From the IMG/VR virus record IMGVR_UViG_3300011335_000514, positions 1-38,267 of that record: DNA of 38,267 bases. One strand, given 5' to 3'. A program made the translations under genes and the position numbers. Each line of letters opens with the position of its first letter. Positions within the stretch are counted from its first letter, which is position 1. Below are positions 1 through 8,532 of the stretch, piece after piece. Below the pieces are notes generated by a model. The model saw only the letters and a program-made list of their open reading frames with translations. It was not told where the DNA came from and made no database searches. This stretch comes from a virus. Lineage: Duplodnaviria > Caudoviricetes.

Positions 1-575
1 AGTTCTTCCTGTAAGGTACCGCGACGAGCACACCACTGAGCAATACGAGTGTATTTGGAGAGTCCAATGAGTTTTTGTGCAGCAATAATGCCAATATAAG
101 CAACACCACTGACAGGCTGATGGTGATGACTACACATACTACGCAACTCACTACGCACTACCAACATACCTTCGTAACGGTCCTGCGAATCGTTGGGAAA
201 TGCTGTTGCGTCTGGTGCTGGTTCATATCGTCCTGCCATTATCTCGTTGTAATACATCTTGGCCAAGCGTCTTGCTGTGCCCTTTGAGTTGGGATCATTC
301 TCACGATCAATCAGCAAAGTGTCTAGCACTTGTTCAAATGCGTCTGTGGCTTCGTTGATGAGTTTTTCTTTGTCATCTTCACTAACATAATCACTGATGT
401 TGTCTCCGGCCCAGAATCTCTTGCCGTCTGTTTTCATTCGGTCGCGTAGTGCGGCACTGAGATATTTGCCCTGTGCAGCACCTACTTTCTTCTTCACATA
501 TGTTTGACCTTCTACAGGCACAAACTCTTCGTCATTGCCGGATAGCAATGGATCTGGTACAAATTCTTCTGACAT
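1..575 (-). CDS. folE: GTP cyclohydrolase I (3' end runs off the window)
   Basis: Not in the ORF track. Translated by hand from the ATG at 575, just after the DegT stop at 577-579: MSEEFVPDP...DPNSKGTARRLAKMYYNEIMAGRY...ELRSMCSHHHQPVSGVAYIG...KLIGLSKYTRIAQWCARRGTLQEE. Contains the FolE S-x-C-x-H-H zinc motif, GLSK and the R-x-x-x-QE motif. Confidence 0.95.
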   Translation of the reverse strand, partial: MSEEFVPDPLLSGNDEEFVPVEGQTYVKKKVGAAQGKYLSAALRDRMKTDGKRFWAGDNISDYVSEDDKEKLINEATDAFEQVLDTLLIDRENDPNSKGTARRLAKMYYNEIMAGRYEPAPDATAFPNDSQDRYEGMLVVRSELRSMCSHHHQPVSGVAYIGIIAAQKLIGLSKYTRIAQWCARRGTLQEE

Positions 576-576
576 G

Positions 577-1167
577 TTATTCCTTGATAGTTATAGTTCT
601 CAAATCAGGATACTGCACAAACACAGGTTCTTGTGACTCATATTGTGCCAACAATTCCAATCCACGCACAGCATCTTCAACAGAGGGCTTGTAATGATAT
701 CCTAACTGGAAAGTCTTTTGTGACTGCCAGGGTGAGATATTTAGATCGCGACCATCATATCTTTGTTTTATCATCACATCATACGCCCGCTTGTTATCAA
801 GCAGTATAGCACCACCGTGGCCTATCTGTAAAGGCTTTGTATGTCCAAAACTCAAACATTGCATCTGCCCATGCTTATACATGTCGGGTTCTAAACGGCG
901 AGCACTGTCCCAGATCCGGGTATAGGCAAAGTTGTATTCGCCTGACCAGGTCTGCGTATCCTCATCCAGATACACATAGTCGATGCCCAGTTTGTGCATG
1001 GTCATTGGTATGCTAAGATAGGTGAATGGAGTCATTTTGAGACCACGCACTCGATCATAACGCAGGCACATCTCGATGGCATGGGTGCAGCAATCTGTCA
1101 TGATCGCATAAGGAGCACCGGTGTATTTGGCCAGTGCCTTTTCAAATTCAAATATCTTATTGAGCAT
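577..1167 (-). CDS. DegT/DnrJ/EryC1/StrS-family PLP aminotransferase, short form (196 aa)
   Basis: FEKALAKYTGAPYAIMTDCCTHAIEMCL (FE..LA.Y.G..SGT.A equivalent), TPFTY, WDSA, CLSFGHTKPLQIGHGGAIL (SF...K....G.GG with the PLP lysine), LGYHY. Start moved from 1218 to the ATG at 1167. Confidence 0.8.
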   Translation of the reverse strand: MLNKIFEFEKALAKYTGAPYAIMTDCCTHAIEMCLRYDRVRGLKMTPFTYLSIPMTMHKLGIDYVYLDEDTQTWSGEYNFAYTRIWDSARRLEPDMYKHGQMQCLSFGHTKPLQIGHGGAILLDNKRAYDVMIKQRYDGRDLNISPWQSQKTFQLGYHYKPSVEDAVRGLELLAQYESQEPVFVQYPDLRTITIKE

Positions 1168-2302
1168 CGGTTCTGTGAGGGAAAAAATCTTGCATTGTGC
1201 CCGATCTATGCAGGTCACTGGTCACGCAATGTATACCACCATCCCAGAAATATCTGTGTCGGAATGGAACTATGTGTGGAGTTATGCCATGCCGATCTAA
1301 TGCATCAAATACCAGTTTGTTGTAGTTAAACACTACAACATTTTTAGGGTCAATGATCAACATGTTAACATCAAACACGGTTTCTTCTACATATCCAGTC
1401 CAGTGACCCATCCATGTTTCGACCACATCGATCACTGATTGATCTTGTTCAAATCCTGGTATCCACCACCTACCGTGATTCTTCATTTTAAGATCTAAAA
1501 ACGGTAGGACAGAATCCCAACTTTGACCCGGAAGATAAACTACTTCCCACCCAGGAAAAGTATCAGCATAGGTTGGTACATCACTCAAACTGATTATCAA
1601 CCCTGGTGCCACTGGGCAATAAGTTCCGTCGCTATGGCCTCCGGTATTGACGATATGATTCCGGGTGTTGATAAACTCTTGATCTAACACCTGTTTGATT
1701 TGAGATTGATCGTCATCATAATCATCGGTTCCAAAATATAAATCTCGACCTATGCGTGAAACCATGGCACCGTTTACCATGCTGAGTTGATTTTGTTTTA
1801 TCAAATTTCCTTGTTGTCGGATATGTTCGTTGATGTGGGTGTATCTCGAATCGAGATTTATAAATTTTTGCATGCCATGTAAATCAATGCATTCTTGTTG
1901 TATACGCATTGGCAAATGATCAAATTCTTCCAAACTATTGCAATCGGGCCATTGATCGTCTTTTACATTCCGGTAAAAATTTTTAAAATTAAAAGTATAA
2001 CTCTCATGATAGGTATCTCCGATCATGACTGCATAATCTCTTGGAGTCATTGGTGGCGAAATATATCGACCATGAATAAAACAATCATCTCGGCTTAGAA
2101 TATTAGGTCTTAGAACTTCGACCCCAAACTCCTGTAATTTTTTTATAATATTTTGATAATCTTCTTCGGTCTCGATGGCTATCTTTTCAAACAGCTCGCG
2201 AACATGCGGAACTGTGATCCATGAATAAAATTCCGGAGGATAGCTACGACCTACTACACATACTTTTAACGGATCCCAATGTTGATATACTGAGTAGGTC
2301 AT
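1157..2302 (-). CDS. Amidinotransferase (glycine / inosamine-phosphate amidinotransferase family)
   Basis: N-terminal WDPLKVCVVG, PRD, HSDG and C-terminal GGIHCVT with the catalytic Cys, as in pentein-fold amidinotransferases. The start at 2302 gives an ATGA overlap with the galE stop. Confidence 0.85.
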   Translation of the reverse strand: MTYSVYQHWDPLKVCVVGRSYPPEFYSWITVPHVRELFEKIAIETEEDYQNIIKKLQEFGVEVLRPNILSRDDCFIHGRYISPPMTPRDYAVMIGDTYHESYTFNFKNFYRNVKDDQWPDCNSLEEFDHLPMRIQQECIDLHGMQKFINLDSRYTHINEHIRQQGNLIKQNQLSMVNGAMVSRIGRDLYFGTDDYDDDQSQIKQVLDQEFINTRNHIVNTGGHSDGTYCPVAPGLIISLSDVPTYADTFPGWEVVYLPGQSWDSVLPFLDLKMKNHGRWWIPGFEQDQSVIDVVETWMGHWTGYVEETVFDVNMLIIDPKNVVVFNYNKLVFDALDRHGITPHIVPFRHRYFWDGGIHCVTSDLHRSGTMQDFFPHRTDAQ

Positions 2303-3246
2303 TTTTTCTGATACCACTTCCATGCATGTTGGATCATGTCATCCAGACTGTATTGTTTCCATTCACCATGTTGATCAAACTTGGCCGAACTTGCGGTGAG
2401 CACAGCAGGATCACCCTCACGACGAGATTCTACCCCAATACGCGGCATGCCGCGAGTGATTACTCTTGCTCGTTCCATCACTTGTTTCACACTGGATCCT
2501 GTAAGTGAACCAAGATTATAAACACCAGCAGGAACAGTGGAACTCAGTGCCATCACATGAGCCCTGGCGATATCGGCTACATGCACATAGTCACGAACAC
2601 AGGTGCCATCTTCGGTGGGATAATCGTCGCCATACACTCTAAACTGACCGTCATCTCGGGTGGCTTCTAACAACTTAGCAATCAAGTGTGTGGCCCCGGG
2701 CTCTTGTCCATGTCTGCCTTGGGGATCTGCACCACAGGCATTGAAGTAGCGGAATGCCACATAATCCAGCCCGTAGGCTCGGTGATAACTCTCAAGGACC
2801 TGTTCCACCATGCGCTTGCTTTCACCATACGGACTCACAGGTTCGCAAGGATCTACCTCATGACAAGGATTCATCACAGGCTCACCATACACAGCAGCAC
2901 TTGAACTGAAGATGACTCTGGTCTTGGGCAATGCATTATGTACAAGATCCAACAAGTGGATGGTCTTGATCACATTGTTGTGATAGTAATCACTGGGATG
3001 CTTGATGCTAGGCCCGACTAGGCTAGTGCCAGCACAATGCACGATGGCCGTGGGCAGAAACTGTATCAATTTTGTTTTGGCCTGATCACTGTCAATGTCC
3101 GCCAGCACAAACTGATCAAACACTTCCGTAAGATGTTTAGCGCAAGGGCGTCGATCGATGCCCACGACCTCATGCCCGGCATCCTTCAATGCCAGTGAGA
3201 CTTGGCCACCGATGTAGCCTGCGGCACCGGTTACTGCTACTTTCAT
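2299..3246 (-). CDS. galE: UDP-glucose 4-epimerase (extended SDR)
   Basis: TGAAGYIG Rossmann motif, FSSSAAVYG, YGESK catalytic YxxxK, RYFNACGA, DGTCVRDYVHV, RREGDP. Confidence 0.9.
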   Translation of the reverse strand: MKVAVTGAAGYIGGQVSLALKDAGHEVVGIDRRPCAKHLTEVFDQFVLADIDSDQAKTKLIQFLPTAIVHCAGTSLVGPSIKHPSDYYHNNVIKTIHLLDLVHNALPKTRVIFSSSAAVYGEPVMNPCHEVDPCEPVSPYGESKRMVEQVLESYHRAYGLDYVAFRYFNACGADPQGRHGQEPGATHLIAKLLEATRDDGQFRVYGDDYPTEDGTCVRDYVHVADIARAHVMALSSTVPAGVYNLGSLTGSSVKQVMERARVITRGMPRIGVESRREGDPAVLTASSAKFDQHGEWKQYSLDDMIQHAWKWYQKK

Positions 3247-4421
3247 TAGTATTTGTACTCTCTAGTGTGCTTGCGATAGTCAGTGCTCATACGCAACAGG
3301 TCTTCGCCGTCGCCTTGCAAGATGTCGATGATTCGGTCAATTGTGCCGTTGTTGTAGTCGCTGATTGCGCCCATGGCTGGATGTGGGCGATCCAGTAACG
3401 CTTCCAGTTTATCCATAGCATCGCCAATGCTCCAAGGCACATACAGACGACTATGATCGTTGGCAAAAGTTTCAGGGAAACTACGATAAGCAGGATACAG
3501 CACATTGCATCCGAGTGCATCAGCCTCACTGACGGTGTTTGAAACCCAATCCTGTAACGCACAATTGAATACCACACGGCTATCATTGACAATATTGTAG
3601 TATTCATTCTTTTCCAAGTCCTCGTAGATTGTTAGTAATCCTCGCGAGACCAAGTCACGGGTGCGTTGCATGTAACTGTCGCTGTTGGATTTCAACTTGC
3701 CGCCGCTGCACACACAGAATTCAACCTCTTCCAATCCTGGTTGAGCATGCCATGCTTCGATCAAGTCCATGTAGAAGTCGGGTTGTTTCTCCTGATCCCA
3801 TCGTGCAGAAAACACCACACGATGTTTGCGTTCGTTAAACGGGTTGATACTTGCCACACGACTCTGCACTTCTGCTTTGCCAAATGCCAAGCCTGAGATA
3901 TTGTAGATTGGAGCCTTCCAACCTGCAATCTTCATGTGCATTACCATTTCCTCATTGGTGGCCAAAACACCGCTAACAAAGCTATCCACCATTTTCTCGT
4001 AGTGTCCCATCCATCCCGCCATTCCCCACACATGAACGAAATCATCAGGATCAATGGACTGAGCAAGACACCGCACAAAAATACGGGGACGAAGGCCAGG
4101 ATCAATTTGATCCATAATATAAGGCAGGCTCTCGATGCCGGGCTGAAACATGTCTTCAAAGTAGACCACATCTTCATGGTTTAGTTCTCCTGCTTTCATC
4201 ATGCGGATCAAGTTCATAAGTTGGCTCATGCCAAAGTATGTGCGTCCATGTGCGTCTAGCACTTGTCCTGTGACGATGGCTTGATCGTTGCTGAGTGTTT
4301 CGCCGGGCACTACAACATAATCAATGCCACGGGCATCAAACACCGCAGTATTCCAATCTTGAAGTTGCAGGGTATAACGAGCTTTGTATGGCTCTAAGCC
4401 CATATAGTAAAGTTTCCTCAT
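3246..4421 (-). CDS. GT-B fold (GT4-like) glycosyltransferase
   Basis: VVFSARWDQEKQPD (G/A-R-x-x-x-K motif) and QDWVSNTVSEADALGCNVLYP (E-x7-E-A-x-A-x-G-like); 391 aa; adjacent to galE. Confidence 0.75.
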   Translation of the reverse strand: MRKLYYMGLEPYKARYTLQLQDWNTAVFDARGIDYVVVPGETLSNDQAIVTGQVLDAHGRTYFGMSQLMNLIRMMKAGELNHEDVVYFEDMFQPGIESLPYIMDQIDPGLRPRIFVRCLAQSIDPDDFVHVWGMAGWMGHYEKMVDSFVSGVLATNEEMVMHMKIAGWKAPIYNISGLAFGKAEVQSRVASINPFNERKHRVVFSARWDQEKQPDFYMDLIEAWHAQPGLEEVEFCVCSGGKLKSNSDSYMQRTRDLVSRGLLTIYEDLEKNEYYNIVNDSRVVFNCALQDWVSNTVSEADALGCNVLYPAYRSFPETFANDHSRLYVPWSIGDAMDKLEALLDRPHPAMGAISDYNNGTIDRIIDILQGDGEDLLRMSTDYRKHTREYKY

Positions 4422-4642
4422 GCACGATATCCTGCTAGACGACGGGTATCTTCATCCCACATGTTCTTGGCCGGCTTACCCTGGCTGTGCTTGTTGAATT
4501 GTTGGAATGCATAACTGCGGAAGTTATACAAGTCCGCCTCGTTGAATTTGTAACCATAATCCACGCAGAACTCGCGGTATTGATCGAGATCGTCCAGAGT
4601 TTGTTCTGTGCGGGGATTGTGTTTGATTGTAGGCTTGGCCAT
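4418..4642 (-). CDS. Hypothetical protein (74 aa)
   Basis: AGAGGA ribosome-binding site upstream; ATGA overlap with the glycosyltransferase; no recognisable motif. Confidence 0.7.
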   Translation of the reverse strand: MAKPTIKHNPRTEQTLDDLDQYREFCVDYGYKFNEADLYNFRSYAFQQFNKHSQGKPAKNMWDEDTRRLAGYRA

Positions 4643-4651
4643 AGTTTCCTC

Positions 4652-5104
4652 TTAGATTTTGATTGAGTGAGCAGGTTTAGAGAGATTGTATTGTATAGAT
4701 GCGCCGTTCTCTCCATCCTCGGACACATCAATCCACACTGTACGGTCTGGATATCTTGCAGCGATCTGATCGTAAAGATCATCCGCCATCATTTCACAAC
4801 TTTTGTAATCAAGACTTAGAGTGGCATCACGATACAGATTCTCGAGCCATCGCTTGAATTGGATGAACTCGATGTCCCTGTCATTATGGAACACATCGAT
4901 CCACACCCTGAAATGAAAGATGTGGCGATGAGGAGTAGCAAGGAACGATACATCATATTCATCTCCAGTGGCCAGGGCAGGATCTGTTGCAGCGGCTGGA
5001 TATTTATGGATACCTTCTTTGCGGAATGTGACCCAGATCTTGCGATCTGCATGTTCACGGATCCGACCTTGTTGTTCTGTTAATGCTTGATCTCTTTGAT
5101 TCAT
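4652..5104 (-). CDS. QueD/PTPS-like T-fold protein with LxxxHRHxF motif (DpdL-like)
   Basis: EGIHKY...LATPHRHIFHFRV...IEFIQFKRWL...SCEMMA...VSEDGENGA follows the QueD pattern (AAH..HGH.Y.V..DF..LK..T.E..A..V.E) but lacks the QueD catalytic Cys. Lies between the TGT-like gene and folE. Confidence 0.7.
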   Translation of the reverse strand: MNQRDQALTEQQGRIREHADRKIWVTFRKEGIHKYPAAATDPALATGDEYDVSFLATPHRHIFHFRVWIDVFHNDRDIEFIQFKRWLENLYRDATLSLDYKSCEMMADDLYDQIAARYPDRTVWIDVSEDGENGASIQYNLSKPAHSIKI

Positions 5105-5607
5105 AATGTTTTGTCCTTGGTATATTTAGACCAGTCAGTGAAGTGATCCCAATTTTGTAAGTCATGTATGCTGTGGCACCAAACGCCCGGATTGGTAGCA
5201 GCAAAGTCTTTGTCATCCAGTTTGAGTGTGGCGTTGTAGCCCAGTTGCCGGATGTAAGGCATCTTGACCGAGATCATGGGAATGAAGTTGCGATAATCAC
5301 ACAATCCTGATTCTAGCAGGCCTTCCACGCATTTGACATCTATATCTAGGGTACATAGATAGTCGCGATCAAGAAAGCCTCGGATCATGTCTTCCCAAGG
5401 TTTCCACGCCTCGGCATCATTCACATGTGGATTGGGAAAACTTTGATTAGCACCAAAGTAGATATGCCCCCGTCCATTCAAGTTATATCCAATCCATTCC
5501 TGTTCTTGAACACCAACCACAAACAATGTGGGCATTCCAAATGCTGGTGTGTGTTCTACTTCAGTTCCGTAAAAGAACTTGACATCTTCATGACCTTCTC
5601 GGTTCAT
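5101..5607 (-). CDS. Hypothetical protein in the deazaguanine cluster (168 aa)
   Basis: ATGA overlaps on both sides; enzyme-like aromatic and charged composition (GTEVEHT, HIYFGAN, KLDDKDF, GVWCH); family not recognised. Confidence 0.75.
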   Translation of the reverse strand: MNREGHEDVKFFYGTEVEHTPAFGMPTLFVVGVQEQEWIGYNLNGRGHIYFGANQSFPNPHVNDAEAWKPWEDMIRGFLDRDYLCTLDIDVKCVEGLLESGLCDYRNFIPMISVKMPYIRQLGYNATLKLDDKDFAATNPGVWCHSIHDLQNWDHFTDWSKYTKDKTL

Positions 5608-7145
5608 ACTTGATCCTGTTCAAGTTGTTGTAATGCTTCAGAGTTTAACAGATCTTCAGGGTCGGAGTCAACCTCTACCACATCGAATAATGCCGAAAAC
5701 TGTGTATTGGCATTCATGGTCTTCTTGCCTTTGAATCCGCGTGTGCCAATGATGTCCATCCAGTATCTACTGTATGACTCAATGATGGCTTCAGATTCAG
5801 CACGATCATCAGTGGCAAATATTGCTTCTACAATATCTGCAAATCGTTCGTGACTGCCTTTTGAGTCACGCATCATTCTAGGATAACTTCCTGCATCAAA
5901 CTCACGATTGGCCCGTTGTACTGATTCCAAGTGCATCCAAACATTGTGCCCCATCAGCAATGCATATGAGAATGAATCCCAAGATGTCTTGCCTTCCTTA
6001 CCGATCTTGTTTAAGTCGCCGGGCTTGTAGATACAGATGTCCTTCATTGTGAACAGTCGGCTGAGTGGGCTCTCATCAAAGTGATCCACCAGGCCATCTG
6101 CTACCACAGCCTGCCCATATGGGCGTGTGTCTGTGCTGTATTTCTTGTCATCCGCGATAGGGCTCATCCTATAGCACCATTTGCCTTCGTGCGGCAAGTC
6201 AATGTGATGATACACTTGACCATTAGCAGTGGCGAGGAATGGGCTGGCACAATCAAAGGATATAGTGAAATCTGGATTAACATATTTCCTAACAGCCCTT
6301 TGGATCACGGTGAGTAGCACAGCCCATTCCAACTTTGATGTGCCCAAGAAGTGCATCCAATCATGCAAGCCTTGTTGCAGTAGATTGTCATGTCTCAACG
6401 CCACCAAGCGTTTGAGTACGAGATGCACATCGCACATGTTCTGACCGCCCATGGCCCAACCATCAAAGTGTTTTCCCGGGTATTGTTGTGGATCACAGTA
6501 GTGCTTCATGGTCTGATACCATTGCTCTGCTGATGTGTGATTGTCACCCTGCAACACATTCAAGAACTTGGCACCACCCGCATCTTTGCCACGACGGTTG
6601 ACCATGAAGTATTCATTGTTGAACTTGGTAGCATCCACTGCTTCTTGCAGTGTGGTAATCTGACATGCGGCACTGGCTTTCTTGTCATGGATCACCCAGG
6701 TCGGGATATCTAAGATCATTCCGTAGTCACTCAGCGTATCCAACCATGTGAAGATGGCTGCTCGTTTCTTCTGTGCTTTGGGACAACCACTGTTAGCACG
6801 CCAGTCACCTTCCCACAAGCCCTTGGCGATCTGGAATCCACCTGAGTCGCCTAGTATGAAACTGCCTGGTTCTCTGTTGCGAACCATGTCCTCCGACCAG
6901 TCCTGCTTGGTGAGATCCAAGTTGGCATGTCCACCTGAATACAGGCTCCAACGATATGGAAACAATGCTTTTTGGCTGTTGAGCCAATTCATCTGTTCCA
7001 TGTCTGTGAGTCCGGTAGGCATTCTAGCAGGATCCACATACGGTTCATTGCGTTGCTTGCCTATGAATGTGGCATAGAACCCAGAGATGGCCGGAAGGAA
7101 CACAGCATAGTCGTTCTGCTTGGCTGTGAGATTGTCTTGTGTCAT
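5604..7145 (-). CDS. tRNA-guanine transglycosylase-like protein (DpdA-type 7-deazaguanine insertion enzyme candidate)
   Basis: TGT motifs in the correct order: GDSGGFQ, MILDIP, NVLQG, DGWAMGG, HFLG, SFDCASP and a late HN. Clustered with folE and the QueD-like gene. Confidence 0.8.
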   Translation of the reverse strand: MTQDNLTAKQNDYAVFLPAISGFYATFIGKQRNEPYVDPARMPTGLTDMEQMNWLNSQKALFPYRWSLYSGGHANLDLTKQDWSEDMVRNREPGSFILGDSGGFQIAKGLWEGDWRANSGCPKAQKKRAAIFTWLDTLSDYGMILDIPTWVIHDKKASAACQITTLQEAVDATKFNNEYFMVNRRGKDAGGAKFLNVLQGDNHTSAEQWYQTMKHYCDPQQYPGKHFDGWAMGGQNMCDVHLVLKRLVALRHDNLLQQGLHDWMHFLGTSKLEWAVLLTVIQRAVRKYVNPDFTISFDCASPFLATANGQVYHHIDLPHEGKWCYRMSPIADDKKYSTDTRPYGQAVVADGLVDHFDESPLSRLFTMKDICIYKPGDLNKIGKEGKTSWDSFSYALLMGHNVWMHLESVQRANREFDAGSYPRMMRDSKGSHERFADIVEAIFATDDRAESEAIIESYSRYWMDIIGTRGFKGKKTMNANTQFSALFDVVEVDSDPEDLLNSEALQQLEQDQV

Positions 7146-7813
7146 TGATTGAATACCTGTTTAATCATTTTGTAATCTTGAGCATACGCACGACGCACAC
7201 GCTCTTGTAGTTCTGGTCGGGTATTTAGACGGGCACGAATAAATTGTTGAATTTTGCCGGTATCTGGATTGGTATCACCGTGATTGCGATCTAATCCCAA
7301 CCGCGGTAAAAACCCTAGATAGTCACTGACATTGCTATCAAAATTCTCATCTATATAAAAGAATTTTCTTGGTATATGCGGCAACAGATCTTGAAAAAAT
7401 TCACATTGCGGCCACACATGGTCATCAAATCTTGTGAGGTTGTCAAACAACAATCTTTCTACCACTTGATTGTATTCTTCAATGAATACATCAGCAGATA
7501 TCCGTTGGTCATCAGGGCCAGGACCTGTGCTCCAATCGTAAGCACCGGACACATTCAATACATATCCGGTAAGATATTGTGCAATTCCTGATATCCATCG
7601 TTGCACTGGATCTCGCAGAACCACAATCAATTCTTGTAATTTGCGTGGATAGTCGATGTTGTTGATCTCGGCCGCAGTCCACCCATGATGATTGCTCCAA
7701 TCCAATAGATAACTACTGGCATTTTTTGGTATGTTAACTACAAAGCGATCATGGCCAGGACTCAGGATTCCTGATCCATATCCATATCCACGATCTGCTA
7801 GTTGACGGATCAC
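7142..7813 (-). CDS. PAPS-dependent sulfotransferase-like protein
   Basis: VNIPKNASS (5'-phosphosulfate-binding loop), VLRDPVQRWIS (3'-phosphate-binding RDP..R..S), DDHVWPQ. Confidence 0.7.
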   Translation of the reverse strand: MIRQLADRGYGYGSGILSPGHDRFVVNIPKNASSYLLDWSNHHGWTAAEINNIDYPRKLQELIVVLRDPVQRWISGIAQYLTGYVLNVSGAYDWSTGPGPDDQRISADVFIEEYNQVVERLLFDNLTRFDDHVWPQCEFFQDLLPHIPRKFFYIDENFDSNVSDYLGFLPRLGLDRNHGDTNPDTGKIQQFIRARLNTRPELQERVRRAYAQDYKMIKQVFNQ

Positions 7814-8532
7814 TTGGTCTGTGCAGGCAAGATGTAGTTGTAAACAGCCATACCCGAATCCACAGTGATCTGCATACAGCCATCATCCGAGATTTTCATG
7901 GTCTTGTCACCAGTTAGACTCAAGATACTCATGACCTGTGCCACAGGCCATGACCATGAATGTTTCAGTGTACCTGTGACATCTGGCTGGAATACAAAGT
8001 TACCGCTGTGTGTGGAGTGATCACCAAAGAAGAACTTTAAGTTTTTGTTTTCAGTTTTGACCTGAAAGTTTTGTTCCTCGGAGTTGGCCTGTGCTTGCAT
8101 CTTAAGGCGTTGGATGGCAGCCACGGTGGGTTCAAAAGTGATGTGCCAGTTCACTCCTTTGAACTTCAAGGTCTTGAGTTTTTCATTTACAATCTCACTG
8201 GCCATGAATCTGTAGTTGTTGCGGAAGTCTCCGGCTTTGTTCTCAAAAGTGATACCGTCGGGTTCGCCTGTGGTACGCTTGGTGATTGCCAGTTTGGCAT
8301 CTTCACGATATTCCTGCAGGTTGATCAGGGTCTTGAGCTTGCCAAGATTGGGCATGCCAAATGTGCCAATGAAGTCGGCCACAGGGTTTGCAAACTGTGC
8401 TTCAAGGATAACAGATTTGTCTTCGGCAACACCGTTCACCGTGGTGTCAGCAGTGGTGCCGGTTACTTTGATCAAGTCAATGCAGCCGAGATCGTAAGTG
8501 TGTTGTACTAGGTCTAAGAGATGGTCTTTCAT
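7810..8532 (-). CDS. DNA polymerase sliding clamp (gp45/PCNA-like)
   Basis: 240 aa with a two-domain beta-alpha-beta pattern, PCNA-like C-terminal YNYILPAQ, and a position two genes from the DNA polymerase. Inferred from pattern and context. Confidence 0.6.
   Translation of the reverse strand: MKDHLLDLVQHTYDLGCIDLIKVTGTTADTTVNGVAEDKSVILEAQFANPVADFIGTFGMPNLGKLKTLINLQEYREDAKLAITKRTTGEPDGITFENKAGDFRNNYRFMASEIVNEKLKTLKFKGVNWHITFEPTVAAIQRLKMQAQANSEEQNFQVKTENKNLKFFFGDHSTHSGNFVFQPDVTGTLKHSWSWPVAQVMSILSLTGDKTMKISDDGCMQITVDSGMAVYNYILPAQTK

Noticed and set aside
4435-4782. Alternative-frame minus-strand ORFs such as 4435..4782, 3287..3607, 10068..10343 and 14005..14325
   Set aside because: They are nested in or overlap better-supported genes, with no RBS or recognisable protein features.
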